NCBI GenBank assembly: GCA_016872675.1
Contig: VGZG01000009.1
Location: forward strand, 1,325-65,324
DNA length: 64,000 nucleotides
DNA from: Planctomycetota bacterium
Lineage (GTDB): Bacteria > Planctomycetota > UBA1135 > UBA2386
Direction: 5' to 3'
Shown: positions 27,282 to 36,217 of the stretch, piece by piece
Numbering within the stretch: position 1 is the first letter of the stretch
How the letters are laid out: each line of letters begins with the position of its first letter
Made by a program: the position numbers and the translations under genes
Notes under the pieces: model-generated
Databases searched by the model: none
The model's input: the letters and a program-made list of their open reading frames with translations, nothing else
Told to the model about the DNA's origin: nothing

Positions 27282-30200
27282 GCCCACAGCACGAGGCCGC
27301 GGACCTTGGCGTCGTGGCGCCCCGTCGCCGGGACGCGCACGCGCATGCCGTGTCGGTAGTGGCCGGCGACCTCGATGCGGCAACCGCCGGCGAATGCGTG
27401 GATCGCGCCGTCCTTGCCGCCGACGTGGCGCAGTGGCACGACCAGCGACTCCGACGACGCCCCCTCGCCGCGAGTGAGCAAGAGTTCGGCGACGACGTCG
27501 GTCGGCTGCAGACCGCCGAGGTCGACCTCGAGCGTGACGTCGAGGTGTTGGCCGACCTGGAAGTCGCCCATCGCGACGGTATTGGCGGCGACGATCTTCA
27601 CCTTCTCGAAGCCCTGCCGAACGCGCTGGTGCTCCTTGGCGCGTTCGCGCGCCGGCGCCTTCTTCTCCGCCTGCAGCGCGAAGTACTGGGCCGCCAGCGG
27701 CGCGTACGCCTGCTGCAGGTAGTCGGCGACCATGCGGTCGGTGTTGAACAGCGTCGGCACCGTCGCGAGGCAGTGCAGCATGCGCTCGACCCAGCCCTGC
27801 GGCACGCCGGCGGCGTCGCGCGCGAAGTACAGCGGCGCGATCTCGTCCTCGAGCAGCCGGTAGAGCACGGCCGCGTCGGCCTGGTTCTGCAGCTCCGTGG
27901 TGCCGTAGACCCGGTCGGCGCCGATCGTCCAGCCGTTGCGGCCGTCGGCCGCCTCGGGCCACCAACCGTCGGCGATCGAGAGGTTGAGCACGCCGTTGGC
28001 GGCGGCCTTCATGCCGGACGTGCCACTCGCCTCCTCGAAGCGCGTCGGCGTGTTGACCCATACGTCGACGCCCTGCACGAGCGCGCGCGCGACCGAGATG
28101 TCGTAGTCCTCGACGAAGAAGACCTTGCCGAGGAACTCGGGGCTGCGCGCGATCTGCACGATCGACCTGAGGATGTCTTGGCCCATCTTGTCGCGCGGGT
28201 GTGCCTTGCCCGACACGATGATGCGGACCGGCCGCGCCTTGTTCTCGAGGATCGCGCGCAGTCGCGCCGGATCGGCAAACAGCAGGTGCGCGCGCTTGTA
28301 CGGCGCGAAGCGGCGCGCGAAGCCGAGCACGAGCGCCCCGCCGTCGAGGCCCGCGAGCATCGCCGCCAGGTCGACCGGGCTGTCGCCGCGCGCCTGGAAA
28401 CAGCGCGTCAGCGAACCCCGCACGGCGTCGAGCATCGCCGCCTTGCTGGCCTCGTGCGCGCGCCATAGCTCGGCGGGCGCTACGCGCGCGGAGTGCGCGA
28501 AGTCGGCCGGGCGCACCGGCCCGTCGTCGTCGCGCAGCAGCTTCGCGATGCCAGGCGCCGCCCACGACGCAAGGTGCACGCCGTTGGTGATCGCCGCGAC
28601 CGGCACCTCGGACTCGAGCAGGCCCGGCCAGAACGTGTGCAGCAGCTTCTGCGAGGCGACGCCGTGCATGCGGCTGACGCCGTTGACGAAGCCGGCGAAG
28701 TTCATCGCCAAGTAGGTCATGTTGAAGTCGCCGGCGCCGCCGCTCGCGTGGCCCAGGCCGAAGAAGCGGTCCCACGGCAGGCCCACCCACTCCTCGGCGT
28801 CGCCGAAGTAGCGGCGCACTAGATCCTCGCCGAAGCGGTCGTGGCCGGCCGGCACCGGTGTGTGCGTGGTGAACAGCGTCGTCTGCGCGACGTACTCGCG
28901 CGCCGCCTCGAACGGCAGGCCCTCGCCGCGAACCATGCGGCTGGTGCGCTCAAGGGTCAGGAAGGCAGCGTGGCCCTCGTTCATATGGTAGACCGCCGGC
29001 CGGACGTCGAGCGCGCGCAACATGCGCACGCCGCCGCGGCCGAGGACGATCTCCTGCTGGATGCGGGTCTCGCTGTCGCCGCCGTAGAGGTTGCGCGTGA
29101 TGGCGCGATCCTCGGGCTTGTTCCCGAGCAGGTTGGTGTCGAGCAGGTAGAGCGGCACACGGCCGACCTGCGCGCGCCACGCGCGCACGAACAGTTCGCG
29201 GCCGGGCAGCGGGATCGACACCTCGAGCGGCCGCCCGTCGGCGGCGCGCACCAGTTCGAGCGCGAGCTTCGCCGGCCGGTTCTCGCGGTCGGCGGCGATC
29301 TGCTGGCCATCACTGGTCAGTTGCTGACCCATGTAGCCGTAGTGGTAGAAGAGGCCGACGCCGACCAGCGGCACACCGAGGTCGCTCGCCGACTTCAGGT
29401 GGTCGCCGGCGAGGATGCCGAGGCCGCCGCTGTAGACCGGTAGGCTGTGGTGCACGCCGAACTCGGCCGAGAAGTACGCGATCGGGCGCTGCGGCGAGAG
29501 CGCCGGCGCGCCGACGCCGTCGGCCAGCGGCAGCGGCTGGCTCGCCGTCGCCATGTAAGCGTCGAAGCGACTGCACACCGCCTGCAGGCGCGCGAGGTAC
29601 GCAGCGTCGCGTGACTTGCGCTCGAGGGCGTCGAGCGAGACGCCCTGCAGGAACGCCACCGGGTTCTCGCCGGCCGCGGCGAATCCCGGCGCCAGGTCCT
29701 CGAACAGCTGGCGCACGCCGCCGTTCCAGCACCACCAGAAGTTGCGCGCCAGGCGCTCGAGGCCGCGCAGCGACTGCGGCAGCGTCGCCGACGCCTCGAA
29801 CGCGGTCAGGCGCGGCGTCGTGCCGGAGCCCGGCGACGGCAGCGCCCGCTTGGGCAGGCGGAACTGCACGACGCCCGTGGTGCTGCGCTGCTGCACCGCG
29901 CCGATCGCGTGCTGGTAGGCCGCCTCGTAGTTGGCGAAGAACTGCTTCCATGCCGTGCGGCCGGCGGCGGCGCGGCAGCGCGCGCGCACCTTCTCCGGGT
30001 CGGCCTTGCGGGCGAAGAACGCCTCGAACGCGGCGACCAGCGCCTGCGTCACGTCGGCGTACGGCACGCGTTCGCGCGGCAGCACCGTGATGCCGTCGTC
30101 CGGGCCGAGGCCCGCCTCGACCGCCCAACGGCCGAAGCCGGCGAGGTCGGTCGTGATCGTCGGCACGCCGACGGCGATCGCCTCCTGCGGCGTATAGCCC

Positions 30201-31507
30201 CACGGCTCGTAGTACGACGGGTAGGCGCCGAGATCGGTGGCGGCGAGCACGGCCTCGTACTCGCGGCCGAACAGGCCATCGTCGGGGCGCAGGTAGATCG
30301 GCACCTGCACGACCTTGATCCGGCCGCCGACGGCGTTGTCGAGGCCTAGGCGCTTGCAGTGCGTGTGCACCGGGTCGTTGGCCTCGTCGAACAGGTTGTG
30401 CGTGCACAGCCCGATCGGCCCATTGGCTTCGCCGCCGGCGAGGCGCTCCAACAACTCGCCGCGCGCGCCACTGTTGCCGGCCGGCACGAGCAGGAACGCG
30501 ACAACGCGGCGGCCCACGCCGTCCTTCATCGCCGCGAGCGCGTCGAGCAGCAGTTCGATGCCCTTGTTGTGGAACTCATAGCGGCCGGCGAGCGCGAGGA
30601 ACGCGGCGTCGGCGACATCCTCGCCGAGCACGGCCTTGGCGACGCGCGCCAGTTCGCGTCGCGTCGCCGCCCGGTCGCCAGCGGCGAGCTGGTCGACGAC
30701 GGCGAGGTCGATGCCGTTGGGCAGCAGCACATCGACCCTGCGGCGGTGCAGCAACTCGGCCTCGGCGGCGGTGATGGCGCTGACCGTGGTGAACACGTCC
30801 GCCTTGCGAGCGCAGACGCCCTCGAGCGAGTGCTTGGCCTGCACGCCGTGCTGGCGCGCAAGGTCGTCGACCGCCTTGCCGCCGAGGCCGTTGTCGGCAG
30901 CCTTGGGATCGGGCGTGATGCCGAGCGACGCGAGCGCGCGGCCGAGGATGGTCGCATGCGTGGTGAACACGGTGCCGATGCTTGGGATGCGCTCCTGCAG
31001 GTACAGCAGCGCGGCGCCGGTCATCCACTCGTGCGCCTGCACGACGGCGCGACGGTGGCACGGGGCGAGGCGCTCCTCCCACCACAGCTCGATCACCTTG
31101 GCCGCGGCGATGGAGAACAGCACCGGCTCGACGTAGTCCCAGTCGCCGGCGATGGAGTCGACCTCGTGCCGCTCCCACAGGCCGGCGAGGATGCCGTTCT
31201 TCTGCTCGTAGAGACCGGAGAAGCCGACCAGGATGCAGCGCGGGCGGCCCGGGATGCGCCAGCGGCCGACGCGCACCGGCACGCCGATCTTCTGGCAAGC
31301 GGCGACGAATTCCTCGTGGCCCGGCTCTTCGTCGAACGGTGGCTGCGCGCCGGTGCCGCCGAGCAGCTGCGGGCCGATCACGACGTAGTCGGCGCCGAAC
31401 CGCTCGACGGCGGTCGCAGCCTTGCTCGACAGCACCGTGTGGATGCCACCGACCTTGTTGCAGACCTCCCAGCTGATCTCGAAGAGTGTGAACGGACGGT
31501 CCGACAT
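27278..31507 (-). CDS. Fusion protein: GT3 (eukaryote-type) glycogen synthase domain + GT35 alpha-glucan phosphorylase domain
   Basis: 1409 uninterrupted codons from ATG 31507 (MSDRPFTLFEISWEVCNKVGGIHTV). GT3 hallmark AYPSYYEPWGYTPQEA lies in the first ~590 aa. This is followed by LARNFWWCWN..., YFSAEFGVHHSLPVYSGGLGILAGDHLKSASDLGVPLVGVGLFY and the PLP-lysine motif EEASGTSGMKAAANG. Confidence 0.9.
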   Translation of the reverse strand: MSDRPFTLFEISWEVCNKVGGIHTVLSSKAATAVERFGADYVVIGPQLLGGTGAQPPFDEEPGHEEFVAACQKIGVPVRVGRWRIPGRPRCILVGFSGLYEQKNGILAGLWERHEVDSIAGDWDYVEPVLFSIAAAKVIELWWEERLAPCHRRAVVQAHEWMTGAALLYLQERIPSIGTVFTTHATILGRALASLGITPDPKAADNGLGGKAVDDLARQHGVQAKHSLEGVCARKADVFTTVSAITAAEAELLHRRRVDVLLPNGIDLAVVDQLAAGDRAATRRELARVAKAVLGEDVADAAFLALAGRYEFHNKGIELLLDALAAMKDGVGRRVVAFLLVPAGNSGARGELLERLAGGEANGPIGLCTHNLFDEANDPVHTHCKRLGLDNAVGGRIKVVQVPIYLRPDDGLFGREYEAVLAATDLGAYPSYYEPWGYTPQEAIAVGVPTITTDLAGFGRWAVEAGLGPDDGITVLPRERVPYADVTQALVAAFEAFFARKADPEKVRARCRAAAGRTAWKQFFANYEAAYQHAIGAVQQRSTTGVVQFRLPKRALPSPGSGTTPRLTAFEASATLPQSLRGLERLARNFWWCWNGGVRQLFEDLAPGFAAAGENPVAFLQGVSLDALERKSRDAAYLARLQAVCSRFDAYMATASQPLPLADGVGAPALSPQRPIAYFSAEFGVHHSLPVYSGGLGILAGDHLKSASDLGVPLVGVGLFYHYGYMGQQLTSDGQQIAADRENRPAKLALELVRAADGRPLEVSIPLPGRELFVRAWRAQVGRVPLYLLDTNLLGNKPEDRAITRNLYGGDSETRIQQEIVLGRGGVRMLRALDVRPAVYHMNEGHAAFLTLERTSRMVRGEGLPFEAAREYVAQTTLFTTHTPVPAGHDRFGEDLVRRYFGDAEEWVGLPWDRFFGLGHASGGAGDFNMTYLAMNFAGFVNGVSRMHGVASQKLLHTFWPGLLESEVPVAAITNGVHLASWAAPGIAKLLRDDDGPVRPADFAHSARVAPAELWRAHEASKAAMLDAVRGSLTRCFQARGDSPVDLAAMLAGLDGGALVLGFARRFAPYKRAHLLFADPARLRAILENKARPVRIIVSGKAHPRDKMGQDILRSIVQIARSPEFLGKVFFVEDYDISVARALVQGVDVWVNTPTRFEEASGTSGMKAAANGVLNLSIADGWWPEAADGRNGWTIGADRVYGTTELQNQADAAVLYRLLEDEIAPLYFARDAAGVPQGWVERMLHCLATVPTLFNTDRMVADYLQQAYAPLAAQYFALQAEKKAPARERAKEHQRVRQGFEKVKIVAANTVAMGDFQVGQHLDVTLEVDLGGLQPTDVVAELLLTRGEGASSESLVVPLRHVGGKDGAIHAFAGGCRIEVAGHYRHGMRVRVPATGRHDAKVRGLVLWA

Positions 31508-31509
31508 GG

Positions 31510-32715
31510 TCACTGGCTGCGCTTCTTCTTCGCCTTCTCGACCTGCGCGCGCAGATGGTCGACGGCGGTCATCACCGTCACGAACGCGGCGTGCGGCGAG
31601 TCGTAAGGACTGAAGTACTCGTGCACCTCGGCGTCGCTGTGGTGCTTGGTGGCGACGTAGTACACATGGTCCGACGTGGTCAGCTTGCGCCACGCGGCGA
31701 GGAGATCGGGGCGGTCCTCAGCGAGCGCGACAACGTCGGCGCGCAACGCGTAGATCGCGGCGTGCGCGGCCTTCTGCATCGGGTTGCCGAGCCAGGCCGT
31801 CACGTTGCGCTCGGCGTCGGCCCATGACACCGGCGTCGGCATGTCGAGCTCGGCCGCGGCCTCGCGCTCGGCGGCGACCTGGGCGGGCGTGCGAAAGCGG
31901 AAGCCGTTGCGCTGCAGCACCTGCTCGGGCAGGCAGCGCATGAAGTCGAGGATGCCGGTGTGGGCTCCCTGGTGCTCGCCGAACGTCTCGTAGTCCATGA
32001 ACAGGCCGATGAACTGCGCCGGCGGTGGAACGTCGTGGAGCCAGCCCGCGTATGTATCGGCAAACAGCGGGTACGAGGGCCACTTAGGGTTCGAGAATCG
32101 GAAGGCGATGTCGTCCGACAACGAGTAGCTGCGCAGCAGCAGCTTGAGCGACTTGCAGCCCTTGGGGCGGTACGGCACCTGCGGACTCCGCCAGCCGAGC
32201 AGCCGGTCGGCGCCCTCGCCGATCATGCAGCCGAAGCCGAGCTGCTCGACCTTGGCGCAGATGCGGTTGTCGAGGATCAGCTCGGTGTTGCGGAAGGTTC
32301 CGGGCGCGCCGAACAGGTCGGTGACGAGCGCGCGCTGCGTCTCGACCTGGGCCACGAACTCGTCGAGGTCGGCGAGCGCGGCGAGGCTGTGCTGGCTCGT
32401 CTCGCACAGGAACTCGACGTTCCCCGAGTCGGCTAGGTCGACGAAGCTGTCGAGCGCGTCGGGCGCCCAGTCGCGCAGTTGCTGGATCACCGTGCCCGAC
32501 AACGAGAAGGCGCAGCGGAACTGGCCGTCGGTCCGCTCGATGGCGTCGAGCAACAGCCGGTTCATCGGCAGATAGCAGCGCTCGGCAACGCGCTCGGCGA
32601 CCAGCCGGTTGAGCGGCTCATCGAACAGGTCGAGCCGCTGGATGCGGTCGTCGGGCTTCCACTTGCGCAGCCGGTACGGCTGGTGCGCCTGGAAGTAGAA
32701 CACGACGTCGATCAC
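31510..32715 (-). CDS. Glycoside hydrolase family 57 protein (short form)
   Basis: This is the C-terminal 401 codons of the chimeric track ORF 31510..33573. VIDVVFYFQAHQPYR, FLCETSQHS and FMDYETFGEHQ are present. GTG 32715 forms a GTGA overlap with the debrancher stop. The stop lies 2 nt before the fusion-gene ATG (TGACCATG). Confidence 0.82.
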   Translation of the reverse strand: MIDVVFYFQAHQPYRLRKWKPDDRIQRLDLFDEPLNRLVAERVAERCYLPMNRLLLDAIERTDGQFRCAFSLSGTVIQQLRDWAPDALDSFVDLADSGNVEFLCETSQHSLAALADLDEFVAQVETQRALVTDLFGAPGTFRNTELILDNRICAKVEQLGFGCMIGEGADRLLGWRSPQVPYRPKGCKSLKLLLRSYSLSDDIAFRFSNPKWPSYPLFADTYAGWLHDVPPPAQFIGLFMDYETFGEHQGAHTGILDFMRCLPEQVLQRNGFRFRTPAQVAAEREAAAELDMPTPVSWADAERNVTAWLGNPMQKAAHAAIYALRADVVALAEDRPDLLAAWRKLTTSDHVYYVATKHHSDAEVHEYFSPYDSPHAAFVTVMTAVDHLRAQVEKAKKKRSQ

Positions 32716-34697
32716 GCCTGCGCCTCCGTCACCAAGGCGAGCGCGCGCAACAGCTCGCCGGTGTTCCAGGCCTGCGCGAACGTGCCGCCCGGCCGATGCG
32801 GCGAGTCGCCGTCGAAGACCTCGCTGACGTGGCCGAGGCCGGCGCGGTCGAGCTCCGGCGCGAAGCCGTCGAGCCACGCGCGCAGGCGCGTCGCCGTGCG
32901 GCGCTTCGACTTCGGGGCCGCGCGCAGCGCCGCCTCGACGTAGAAGCCGGCGAGCCACGGCCACGCCGTGCCCTGGTGGTACGCGCGATCCCGGCGTTGC
33001 TGGTCGCCCTCGTAGCGGCCGCGGTACGCGGCGTCGCGCGGCGACAGCGTGCGCAGGCCGACCGGCACGACGAGCTCCGCCTCGGCCGCGGCGACGCAGC
33101 CGGCGCGCTGCGCCTGGGTCAGCGGCGAGCGCGGCAGCGCCGCGGCGACCAGCATGTTGGGCCGCACACTCGTGTCGGCGCCGCCGTCGTGCACGCAGTC
33201 GGCGAGACGTTCGCCGTCCGCCAGCCAGAACGCCTTGACGAAGGCCTCGGCGCAGCGGTCGCGCGCCGTCCGCCACGTCGAGGCATCGCGCTCGGCGAGG
33301 AACGCCAGCAGCGAGTGCCACAGCGCCTGGATCTCGACCGGCAGGCCCGAACGCGGCGTCACCGGCCCGTCGCCGGTGCGCGCGTCCATCCAGGTCGCGT
33401 TGAGGTCGGCGCGGCCGGCGCGCAGCAGGCCGCTCGCGTCGGTGGCCAGGCCGAGGCCAGTGCCCTCCTCGTACGCGCGCGCGATCGAAGCCAGCGCCGG
33501 CACGAGCTCGCGCGCAACGAACTCCTCGTCGCCGCCGGCGTCGGCGAAGCGCTGCACGGCCAGCGCGAACCACAGCGCCGCGTCGCAGCTATCGTATTGG
33601 CTCGCCGCCGGCGTCGCGCCGTAGACGTTGGGCAGCAGGCCGCGGCGCAGGAACGGCAGCGCCCCGCGCAGCGCCTCGGCGCAGAGGTCGCGACGACCGC
33701 GCGTGAGCGTTAGGCCGGGCAGCGCGACGAACATGTCGCGCCCCCATTCGCCAAACCACGGGAAGCCGGCGAGCACGCCGAGCCGCTCGCCGTCGGCGCG
33801 GTAAAGGAAGTCGTCGGCGCCGCGCGCGAGCCGCGCGAACAACCGGTCGCGAGCCGCCAGCTCGTCGCCGTGCGCGCGCGTCGCCGCCGCTGCCGCGAGC
33901 ACGAAGGCCGCATCCGGATCGTCGCACGGCGCGCCGAGCGCGAAGGCGATCGTCGCGGCTTGGCCTGGGCCAACGTCGAGTTCGAGCGTGCCCGGCGACC
34001 AGCGATCGCCGACGAAGTCGTAGCCGCGCTCGCGATCGGTGGCGCAGAGGAAGCCGCGATACCACGCCGGCTCGCCACGGAAGGCGGCGACGCCGTCGGC
34101 GGTCAGCCACAGCGTCGGCAAGCGCTCGTCCGGGCGCACGCCCCAGCTCGCGCCCTGCGCCTGGATCGCGCCGTCGAAGCGGTCGTCGGCCGGCGGCAGG
34201 CGGTCGGCATCGCACCAGCTCAGCAGCGGGCGCACGGACAGGCGCACGCGCGCAGCGCCGCGATTGCGCCACCGAACGAGGCAGACCGGCGGCTGACCGT
34301 TGCCAGCGCGCTGCAGGGCGATCGTGCGCGTCAGCGCGAAGCCGTCGCCGTCGATCGTCCACGCCGGCAGCGGCCCGGCCGCGAAGGCGACGTCGGCGTC
34401 TGGGCGCGACGGCTGCGGCTGATCGGCCCAGTGCGTCCGCCCGAGCGAGGCGACGCGCTCGCCCTGGACGACGCGCTCGTCGAGTCCGCTGACGATCGCA
34501 TGGCGCCGCGCGCTGCCGGCCGGCCGAGCGATCCACAGCCCGTGGTACCGGCGCCGCGGCACCCCGTCGACCGCGCCACAGGCGTAACCGCCCGCGCCGT
34601 CGGTCAGCAGCCACTCGGCATCGGCCGGCGCCGCCGCCGGAGCGGACGCGATCGCAGTCGGTGCGGTGGAGCGTGGCGTGGGCATCACAAGGGGCAT
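32712..34697 (-). CDS. Amylo-alpha-1,6-glucosidase / glycogen debranching enzyme (GDE N + C domains, GH133-like)
   Basis: This is the C-terminal 661 codons of the chimeric track ORF 32712..36392, starting at ATG 34697. WLLTDGAGGYACG...RRYHGL, GFPWFGEWGRDMFVALPGL, NATWMDA and AYHQGTAWPWLAGFY...FAQAWNTGELLR are present. Confidence 0.87.
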   Translation of the reverse strand: MPLVMPTPRSTAPTAIASAPAAAPADAEWLLTDGAGGYACGAVDGVPRRRYHGLWIARPAGSARRHAIVSGLDERVVQGERVASLGRTHWADQPQPSRPDADVAFAAGPLPAWTIDGDGFALTRTIALQRAGNGQPPVCLVRWRNRGAARVRLSVRPLLSWCDADRLPPADDRFDGAIQAQGASWGVRPDERLPTLWLTADGVAAFRGEPAWYRGFLCATDRERGYDFVGDRWSPGTLELDVGPGQAATIAFALGAPCDDPDAAFVLAAAAATRAHGDELAARDRLFARLARGADDFLYRADGERLGVLAGFPWFGEWGRDMFVALPGLTLTRGRRDLCAEALRGALPFLRRGLLPNVYGATPAASQYDSCDAALWFALAVQRFADAGGDEEFVARELVPALASIARAYEEGTGLGLATDASGLLRAGRADLNATWMDARTGDGPVTPRSGLPVEIQALWHSLLAFLAERDASTWRTARDRCAEAFVKAFWLADGERLADCVHDGGADTSVRPNMLVAAALPRSPLTQAQRAGCVAAAEAELVVPVGLRTLSPRDAAYRGRYEGDQQRRDRAYHQGTAWPWLAGFYVEAALRAAPKSKRRTATRLRAWLDGFAPELDRAGLGHVSEVFDGDSPHRPGGTFAQAWNTGELLRALALVTEAQA

Positions 34698-34853
34698 CGG
34701 TCGCCCGACACGGCCGACGAGCCTACGACGGCAACCAGCCGTATCAACGGCGGTTCGGCGCAGTAATCGCCGGCAACATCTGTCGCCGCGACGCCCGCGC
34801 CTGCATCCTTCCGCGTCGGCTCTCGTTCGCGTCTTGTCGCAAGGCCCGCGCCC

Positions 34854-36092
34854 ATGGCCAACCTCGACCTCCGCAACACGCTCGTCTTCATCCTCGCCGG
34901 CGGCGAAGGCAGCCGGCTGAAGCCGCTGACCACCCACCGCGCCAAGCCGGCCGTGCCGTTCGGCGGCTGCTACCGGATCATCGACTTCACGCTGAGCAAC
35001 TGCATCCACTCGGGGCTGCGCCGCATCCACCTGCTGACGCAGTACCAGGCGCGCTCGCTCGAGGAGCACATCCGCTTCGGCTGGAACTTCCTGCCGCGCC
35101 GCCTCGAGCAGTGGATCACCTGCAGCCCGCCGCACCACGTCTCGGTCGGCAAGTGGTACCGCGGCACCGCCGACGCGATCTTCCACAACCTCGACTCGAT
35201 CGAGGACTGGAACCCGACGAACGTCGTCGTGCTGTCGGGCGACCACATCTACCAGATGGACTACCGCGACATGCTGCGCGAGCACGTCGACAACGGCGCG
35301 GCGCTGACCATCGGCGCGGTGAGGATCCCGGCGTCCGAGGCGTCGAGCTTCGGCATCCTGCAGGTCGCCGCCGACGGCCGCATCATCGGCTTCGTCGAGA
35401 AGCCCAAGAAGGACGCGCCGCAGATCCCCGGCCAGCCCGGCTGGTGCCTCGCGTCGATGGGCATCTACGTGTTCGAGACCAAGGAACTGGTCAAGCGGCT
35501 GCGCGAGGACAACGCCCTGCCCGAGGGCGAGGGCGGCGACTTCGGCCACCACGTCATCCCGCGCATGATCCACCAGGTCCCGGTCTACGCGCACGCGTTC
35601 CGCGGCCTGCCCGGCGACGAGAAGCCGTACTGGCGCGACGTCGGCACCATCGAGGCCTTCTTCGAGGCCAATATGGACCTGTGCAACGTCAAGCCGCAGC
35701 TGAACCTGTACCGCAAGGACTGGCCGACCTACACGCTGTGGCACAACGACCCGCCGGCCAAGACGGTGTTCTCGGAAGGGCCGAACGGCCGCAACGCCGA
35801 GGTGCAGGACTCCCTGCTCTGCCCCGGCGTCGTCGTCTCCGGCGCGCACGTCAAGCGCTCGCTGCTCAGCAACCTCGTCTACGTCGACGAGCACACCAGC
35901 CTCGACGAGTGCATCGTCATGCGCGGCGCGCGCATCGGCAAGAACTGCAAGCTGCGCCGGGTGATCGTCGACAAGTGGAACGAGGTGCCCGACGGCACGG
36001 TGATCGGCTACGACGCCGAGGCCGACCGCAAGCGCTTCACGGTGTCGTCGACCGGCATCGTGGTCGTCGCGCGCGGCCAGCAGTGGACGTGA
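34854..36092 (+). CDS. glgC: Glucose-1-phosphate adenylyltransferase
   Basis: FILAGGEGSRLKPLTTHRAKPAVPFGGCYRIIDFTLSNCIHSG, YRGTADAI, and a C-terminal left-handed beta-helix region. Confidence 0.95.
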   Translation: MANLDLRNTLVFILAGGEGSRLKPLTTHRAKPAVPFGGCYRIIDFTLSNCIHSGLRRIHLLTQYQARSLEEHIRFGWNFLPRRLEQWITCSPPHHVSVGKWYRGTADAIFHNLDSIEDWNPTNVVVLSGDHIYQMDYRDMLREHVDNGAALTIGAVRIPASEASSFGILQVAADGRIIGFVEKPKKDAPQIPGQPGWCLASMGIYVFETKELVKRLREDNALPEGEGGDFGHHVIPRMIHQVPVYAHAFRGLPGDEKPYWRDVGTIEAFFEANMDLCNVKPQLNLYRKDWPTYTLWHNDPPAKTVFSEGPNGRNAEVQDSLLCPGVVVSGAHVKRSLLSNLVYVDEHTSLDECIVMRGARIGKNCKLRRVIVDKWNEVPDGTVIGYDAEADRKRFTVSSTGIVVVARGQQWT

Positions 36093-36217
36093 GCGCGCGG
36101 GCGGGCTAGGCGACTGCGGGGCGGGACGCGCGCCGACCCGGCGCTTGGATTCGCGGCGGTTGCGACGCGTGCTAGGCGGCGCGTGCTGGGCGGCGCGGCG
36201 TGCCGTCGCGCCGGTTG

